Assembly: GCA_965644265.1 (NCBI GenBank)
Contig: OZ286464.1
Location: forward strand, 69,750,001-69,814,000
DNA: 64,000 bases
Source: Glycera tridactyla
Taxonomy: Eukaryota
Direction: 5' to 3'
Part shown: positions 57,933 through 64,000 of the stretch, piece after piece
Position numbering within the stretch: the stretch's first letter is position 1
How the letters are laid out: the number at the start of each line of letters is the position of its first letter
Notes under the pieces: generated by a model
Seen by the model: the letters and a program-made list of their open reading frames with translations, nothing else
Told to the model about the DNA's origin: nothing
Database searches by the model: none
Position numbers and translations under genes: made by a program

Positions 57933-60900
57933 CATCGGTACAACAACAGTGAATAGGTGCAGTTCCCAAGGTGCCCTCAGCCAATTTCGCTTTGTTCGCT
58001 AAAAAAGGGAAGATTTTTGTCTGGTGTATCAGTCAGAATACAGCTTTTAAGGGATTCACACATCAGGAGGTAATCCGGGCATTTTTCTCCCGAGAGAAAC
58101 GATTCTCTCGTACATACCAAAGACGATAACGCAAACATCTGTAGTACGCCGCTCACCTCGCCCATATATGGACACAACCCGGATGACTATCGAAGTACAA
58201 GCCGGCGAAAAATTTTCTGTAGTACTATGGATTTTGTAGCAGTCGCTATAGTGTTGCAAAAACTCTGCTAATATCCTAACTTAGAGGGTGTTTCCTCGGC
58301 GAATACAGTGGTAATAATTTGAATTTGACAAAGGTAAACATGCACGCGGTACAAGCAAATAATGCGAGGTCTTGTTGGATTGCACTGCAGATCCAAGTTA
58401 TCATATTAGTTTAATAAGAGGATCACTAGAATAAACACCGATATCTTCCTTCATAAATGTTTTTCCTTTCATATGACAGTGCAGCCATCTTTAAAGATAA
58501 CATACTTGGAAATTTGTATTTCATAAATGTTTTCTTTACCCAGGCCGCTCCGACATCTCAATGGGCGTACAACCGGCAATGTTTTCATTTCGCAACTTTT
58601 ATAATACAAAGTCCATAAAAGCGACCTATTAACTGAATAGAATTATTGTGCGCAGCTAGAGCAGATAAACATTGTCACTCTTCGGGCGGATAAAGAAATA
58701 TGAGTGCAGCGAGACCTATTGTTAAGATAAATTGGAAAATGTCTGTAACAGCCACATCAAACAAGCCAGGGATAGATATTTGGAATTTATCTTGACGACA
58801 CGTATATTTTCCTCACCTCTTATGAATGGTGTAAAAAAGACGTAACATAAATATACCTAGGGTTTGACACTTGATGCGTGTCTTCGTGGTCGTTGACGTA
58901 TTCGCAGCGATCGCGATGAACTATCTGTGGTGTTGTCTTCGCATCGAAAGCTGGCCGTCATTTCTTAGGTCACTCACACTAAATAAATCACAACTCATTT
59001 CTTCACACTCAAGGATTATCCCTACTGGGTAATCATGGAAGATATTGATGAATTTGATATTGCGGAGCAAGGCAGATTGATTTTGATGTTTTATTTGCTT
59101 GCCATATTTTCATCTTGAATGAATGGGGAGAACCTGATATCAACCACACCATTTGACCACATGCTACTAAAATCTTGAAAAACTTCATCATTCCATGCCT
59201 GATCAAAGTTGTTCTTTCATTCCATTAATAGTCATACAGTGAAATTTTCATTTTCTGATGTCAGATCACCATTACTTGATTTTGAATTAGTTTCACTCAG
59301 CATCGGCTGTGCCAGTAAAAATACATGGAATATGATATTTAAGTGCTCCTCTTCATTGTCCCTTCACAGATCAAATTGCAGCGGGAGTACTCCATTGTGA
59401 GGCTCACACTAAAGTCTCTGTTCAAACAAGTTACGTAACCCTTTCCGCTGCCGCCAACTGTCATTCAAAACAAGAATGGTGTGAATGTGTAGATGGTTTT
59501 AGTTTGAATCGGTGTGGAGATCCATATAGAATTTGTTTTGAGCTTGTAGAAGAATTGATCATTTTCGTGTGTCTTTTGAATGACCTTCACCTTATCTGTG
59601 ATCACTCATGATAGTTGACTTGTCACCATACATCTTTAGCTTTTATAAGATGATTGGTTTGAACATCTTCCTGGTGCCTCCTCTATGATTATGGTCTCTA
59701 ACCTTTAACCTCTCCCCTCTGTGAGGTTTGTATATTTAGCACATCATAAGGGGCAAGCAATAAAGCCCCCTGCACCAATGTCATGACCTGTTATTACCAT
59801 GTTTACTGCCACCTGGTGTCACCTGTTGTCATGACAATGGCTGCGCCATGGGACACTGTGGTTGCCAACAGAGACTGGGAGGTTTCTGGCTCCATATTCG
59901 GCCGACCTCTGACCTGGGGTCATGTCTCATGCCGACCTATAGGGTTGCTAGGCAGCTGGTGACCAGTGGTAACAGGTTGTGAAAGGTAGCCCGGTTGTGT
60001 CTGGTGTATAATTTCCCCGTTGGAATTTTGCTCCAGTTCATCAGCGAAATGATGATCTCACTTCTGGAATTTGCCGCCTACTGAAACATTTGGCTCCGGA
60101 GATGAACCGTGCCAAATTTGTCATCATAATTGATGATATACAACTCTGTGAAATTTGGCATGGGCACCAAAAAGAATGTTTGATCACATAGATGAGTAGG
60201 TTGACCTACATGATGTCTGTTTTGGTGCTCTGAGGTCAGTATTTTTGTGGTTTATTCCCTACTTCCTGCCAATTTTGGCCATTATTCATTTCTGGCAAAC
60301 TATCACTCCCTACCATCTTGACCTAAATTTGGTTCCCATTGCCCTTAGACAGGCTTTATCTGTACAAGGTCTGGTTTGGAGGACTTGAGTGGTGTCCAGA
60401 GTACGACGAAGCAAATCATGAGAACGCTCAGCTGATGTTGGTTATCGCGGAATAGCGTCATTGTCATGGCATTGTAGTTGAGCGTGGAATCCATGCAGTT
60501 GATTTGTATTGTGTTTGCACCTCGGACAGCCTCATTAATCATGGCTCTGCGCGTAATTTAATCGAAGACGCTAAATCATGATTCAACCGTGTGGGGACGT
60601 AGCACACTAAATATGAGCCATGTGAAATATCGTATTGAATTGTCAGCTGCACACAATGGACGAGTGCGTTATTTACACAACATTTACGGGGCAAACATAT
60701 TTATTACACTGCACTTCATGTCAGATGAGTAGCGGCGTATGCGCCGAATCTATTGGGACTCGGCAGCAACTTGTTGATTGTCCGGCGATATTATAATCCA
60801 TTTGCGCCAGCCACGTGCCTGTTGCAGACACAATTTTCCCATAATAAATATCATATTGTGACCACTGTCACCGCCTCATGTGGGCAATGAAACCGACGAA

Positions 60901-61663
60901 CCTCGGCACTGGTTCATGCAACGACATCTCATGAATGAAAGAAGTTGTTTCTATTTCGCCTGTCGCACAGATATAACTTATTCCACTTTTATCTCGGTAC
61001 ATGTATGCTCGATTTGCCACCAATATGGTCAGTTGGCACAATAATGGTGAAAGATGTAGTCAAATTGAGATTTCTATATTTTCATTGAAAAATAACAAGA
61101 TTAATTATTGAGGACCTCATTATTATGTCTGTGAATGCGTTCACATTCTGCGGGCCTCACTTATGTGTTCTGTAGCTCGAATACAGCACATTAGGCAAAT
61201 TTGCCATCTCGCTTTCATCGGTGTCGTCTGTTGCATCGCAAATGCGCCGTCGCAACACGCTTTTGACAGTTTGGCACTTGCGGTGACTGGCCGGTGCAAA
61301 ATCAATCAGTGCAGGACAAATAGATATCGGATGTTGTCTTTGCCGCTCTCTGCCTTGCGACCAATATCTCGCTGGAACTCGTACGCACCGTGTTTGCATT
61401 TGTCATTTTTGTGTGCGAGCCGACATCTTTTGTTTCGGGTTTGGTTTCCTCAGTTTCATCATTATTGTCAGTGGGTATTTGCTTGCAGCCCGTACTGCAT
61501 CATGCGGTGTCATGTCAGACAAATAATCAGTGACTCGATATAAAGTATACACGCATTTCGTCCTGTTCGCCTGTGCACAGAATTGTAATTCTTCATTGGG
61601 CGAATTTGTCCATTACTCGGAGAATATCCTTGTTTCGTCATTTCATCGACTTGGAATGTAATA

Positions 61664-61818
61664 CAGTCAAACATGTCTAGACGTGATCCTTGGTCACAGG
61701 AAAATATTGATTTTGTAGACAGGTGGCATTTATATGGAGGATGTTATATCGCTGTCACTGCCCAGGGTGGGATTTGTAGGCAGGTGGTCTTTGTTGAGAA
61801 GTGGTGCAGGTTCAACTG
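61664..61818 (-). mobile_element. MITE subfamily B, reverse orientation
   Basis: TA-CAGTCAAAC ... GCAGGTTCAACTG-TA; internal part is the reverse complement of the 13824-type core. Confidence 0.75.
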
Positions 61819-64000
61819 TAATGGCATATCTTGTAGCTGCCATTCTGATTAAAATCATCAATATTATTGTATTTAACAGTGAACTCGTTCAGCTTCCATC
61901 TTGAGACATTAACGAAAGTTCGAAGAAAAAATGGTTTGATTTGAATAAACTATTTTTGTTGCCGTACGTAGGGTATATCACAACATGTCTGAACAATTTT
62001 CTAATCACACTGACAGGTCAAACAATGGTTTAGGTTCCCAATGAGCTTGTTTCACCATGTGATTGTCAGGTATTTTGACGGGTAACAAGCCGTCTAATCA
62101 TCAGATTCTTGCGCCATTATCGAGTGTAGAATCTCGGCAAAAGTCCCGTCTTTTCGTACGTCAACCTTCGCTCACTCTCGGGTCAATTTGTCAGTTTTGA
62201 CACATGTCCTTCCTGTACCAGGCTACGTGTCATCGTGTAGAGATGAATCGGGAATGTTGTTGCGAAGTTATGAAATAATTGTTGCAACAAAACCTCCGTG
62301 TAAGGAGACAATGGCCCTCGAGGCGATGCGAGTCAACAGTGGTAAACAGTGCGTGGAACAACCTAATTTGAAGTCGTTATGATCATGTTATGATAGCTAC
62401 CTGTATTTATATGCATTTCCGCAAGTCTCGCTCCGTTGCTTTGCATTGTCATCTCCTTGTGTTCAGGGTTCGAGGAAGTGATGCCTGCTGGGGAGAGAGC
62501 ATCTGGCTTTCAGGAATACAGGACATACATGATCCTGTGGGCTGATATAGCCATTATAACCTCAACCAAACCCAATCATACCAAAATTCACCCTTCTGAT
62601 CATTGGTTCTTGCCAATGCAGGTGGGAATTAAGCATGAGTTTCTCTGAAGTACAGTGTAACCTGTTCATGAGGCGACCTCATATTAAGGCTACCTGCTTT
62701 ACAAAGGACACCTGGGGTTGGAGATCAGAATGCCGAGTTTCGCGAGTTTCGGATGTAAACATGCTTGTACTCATTTGTCAATCTGCGTATGAGGTGTAGC
62801 ATTGAACGAAATGCACCAGAGCGCAACATGTTCGTAGACTCCTTGTGATCTTAACGATCTTTGATGTCCGTAACCTGAAGCGATCTCGTCGCAGCTCATA
62901 ATTATGCATAGGAGTTATATATTTAATGGCAATTTATTCATCATCGGCGGATTAATATGTATTCGGGATCCATCGAATCCGATGTGGATGGAAACAATGG
63001 AATACGTATCCTTTTATCGAACTTTCATATTCACAGTGTGCACAATCATGACTCCGGCTGGCGACGTTGCACCAGAGTTCATGGGATGAGTGAGTCGGCG
63101 GGAGATTTCATGCTCACTGAGCATGTCACACCTTCTCGTTTGTTTACGCTCTCGCACGAAATATGACGCCACATATACCTCGTCATTCACAGCATATAAA
63201 TGGACTTCCTGAGAGGTGTTAAATATACTTGGTCTTTATGATGTCGAAAAATCACTCGGCGCTTTTTCTCGCCACTTTTTCGACCTTCATTTTTGGTTTG
63301 ATAGATCCTTCAGAAGAAGATTTGCAGTCTTTTTGCCAGGTGTGGGATTTCAATACCGTCTCGTTGGCCCTGATTATATGACATTTACAGGTGAACACAA
63401 TTTCACATAGGTAGATGTGCATTTTATTAAAGAAAAACTGAGCGTGATGTGGGCTTACTTCCGGCAAAGTGATAGATTCGTAGAGGGCGGAGGCTGTATC
63501 TTTTGACGAATGAGGGAGAAGGGCAAAAGTGAGGCTTTGGGGGAATGTGTTATCAATTGATTCTCAGAGTGATGACAAGCAAAGGAGCTGTCCGTTTTCA
63601 CCACTCGGAAGTTTCATACTCCAACAGCTGAGCCATCGGCGGAAATCTTAGTAAAACAGATGTGGGGGAAATGAGTGAGGTGGCATATCAGGCCGAGCAT
63701 GTTTACCATATGCCCGGATATTTATGAGTATCTCCCAGGTGCGGAGAGCAGAGTGAAGACAGCATTGCTTCACAGTTTCTAATATGGCTGGGAAATACTA
63801 CTCCGATATAGTGGGAAAGATGTAACAGGCAGGCGCGTAGATTTCTGTGGTGATTTCCGTGGCTTGTCCTTATCGTAAGCAGCGTTATTTGCATCTAACT
63901 TCGGAATTCACACCTGGATATGAAATGTGAAATCAAACGGGGTGCTCACTTTTATCGAGTCATTGGGAATTATCAAGATCATTTCGTATCTTGGGGCATG

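Noticed and set aside
860-62480. tRNA genes or tRNA-derived SINEs (GTTCGA B-box-like hits at ~868 and ~62468)
   Set aside because: No matching A box, cloverleaf or repeated body; no rRNA or tRNA gene is supportable.
1-64000. The many 60-160-aa ORFs in the track as genes
   Set aside because: Many start at TTG/GTG, overlap in several frames, show no recognisable domain and have random or microsatellite-derived composition; this is background for eukaryotic non-coding DNA.

Overview
Eukaryotic (animal) genomic DNA from a gapped draft assembly with five N-runs. The repeat types suggest a marine invertebrate; that taxon guess is inference. The only supportable coding sequence is one 1041-bp internal exon (41787-42827, + strand, phase 1 at both ends) of a spalt/SALL zinc-finger transcription factor. 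It encodes the N-terminal C2HC finger, the conserved 'SNV.L..L.STKVAVAQF' block, the glutamine-rich multimerisation segment, and poly-Ala and poly-Asn tracts. I did not find the MSRRKQ-type first exon or the C2H2 finger exons, so most of the window is probably very long intron or flanking regulatory DNA of this gene. The rest is AT-rich spacer broken by many CpG-rich, motif-dense blocks (candidate enhancers). It also holds about 16 copies or fragments of TA-flanked pogo/Tc1-mariner-type MITEs, a ~2-kb Helentron-type HINE with nested MITEs, a fold-back element carrying perfect RFX X-boxes, a hierarchical minisatellite and microsatellites. Best leads: a candidate alternative promoter and first exon at ~37.3-37.6 kb that splices in frame to the spalt exon, a same-strand array of nuclear-receptor half-sites at 31.2-31.6 kb, a triple CGATACATA cluster upstream of the exon, a possible truncated isoform, and X-box enrichment. 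All counts and coordinates were read by eye; no searches were run.
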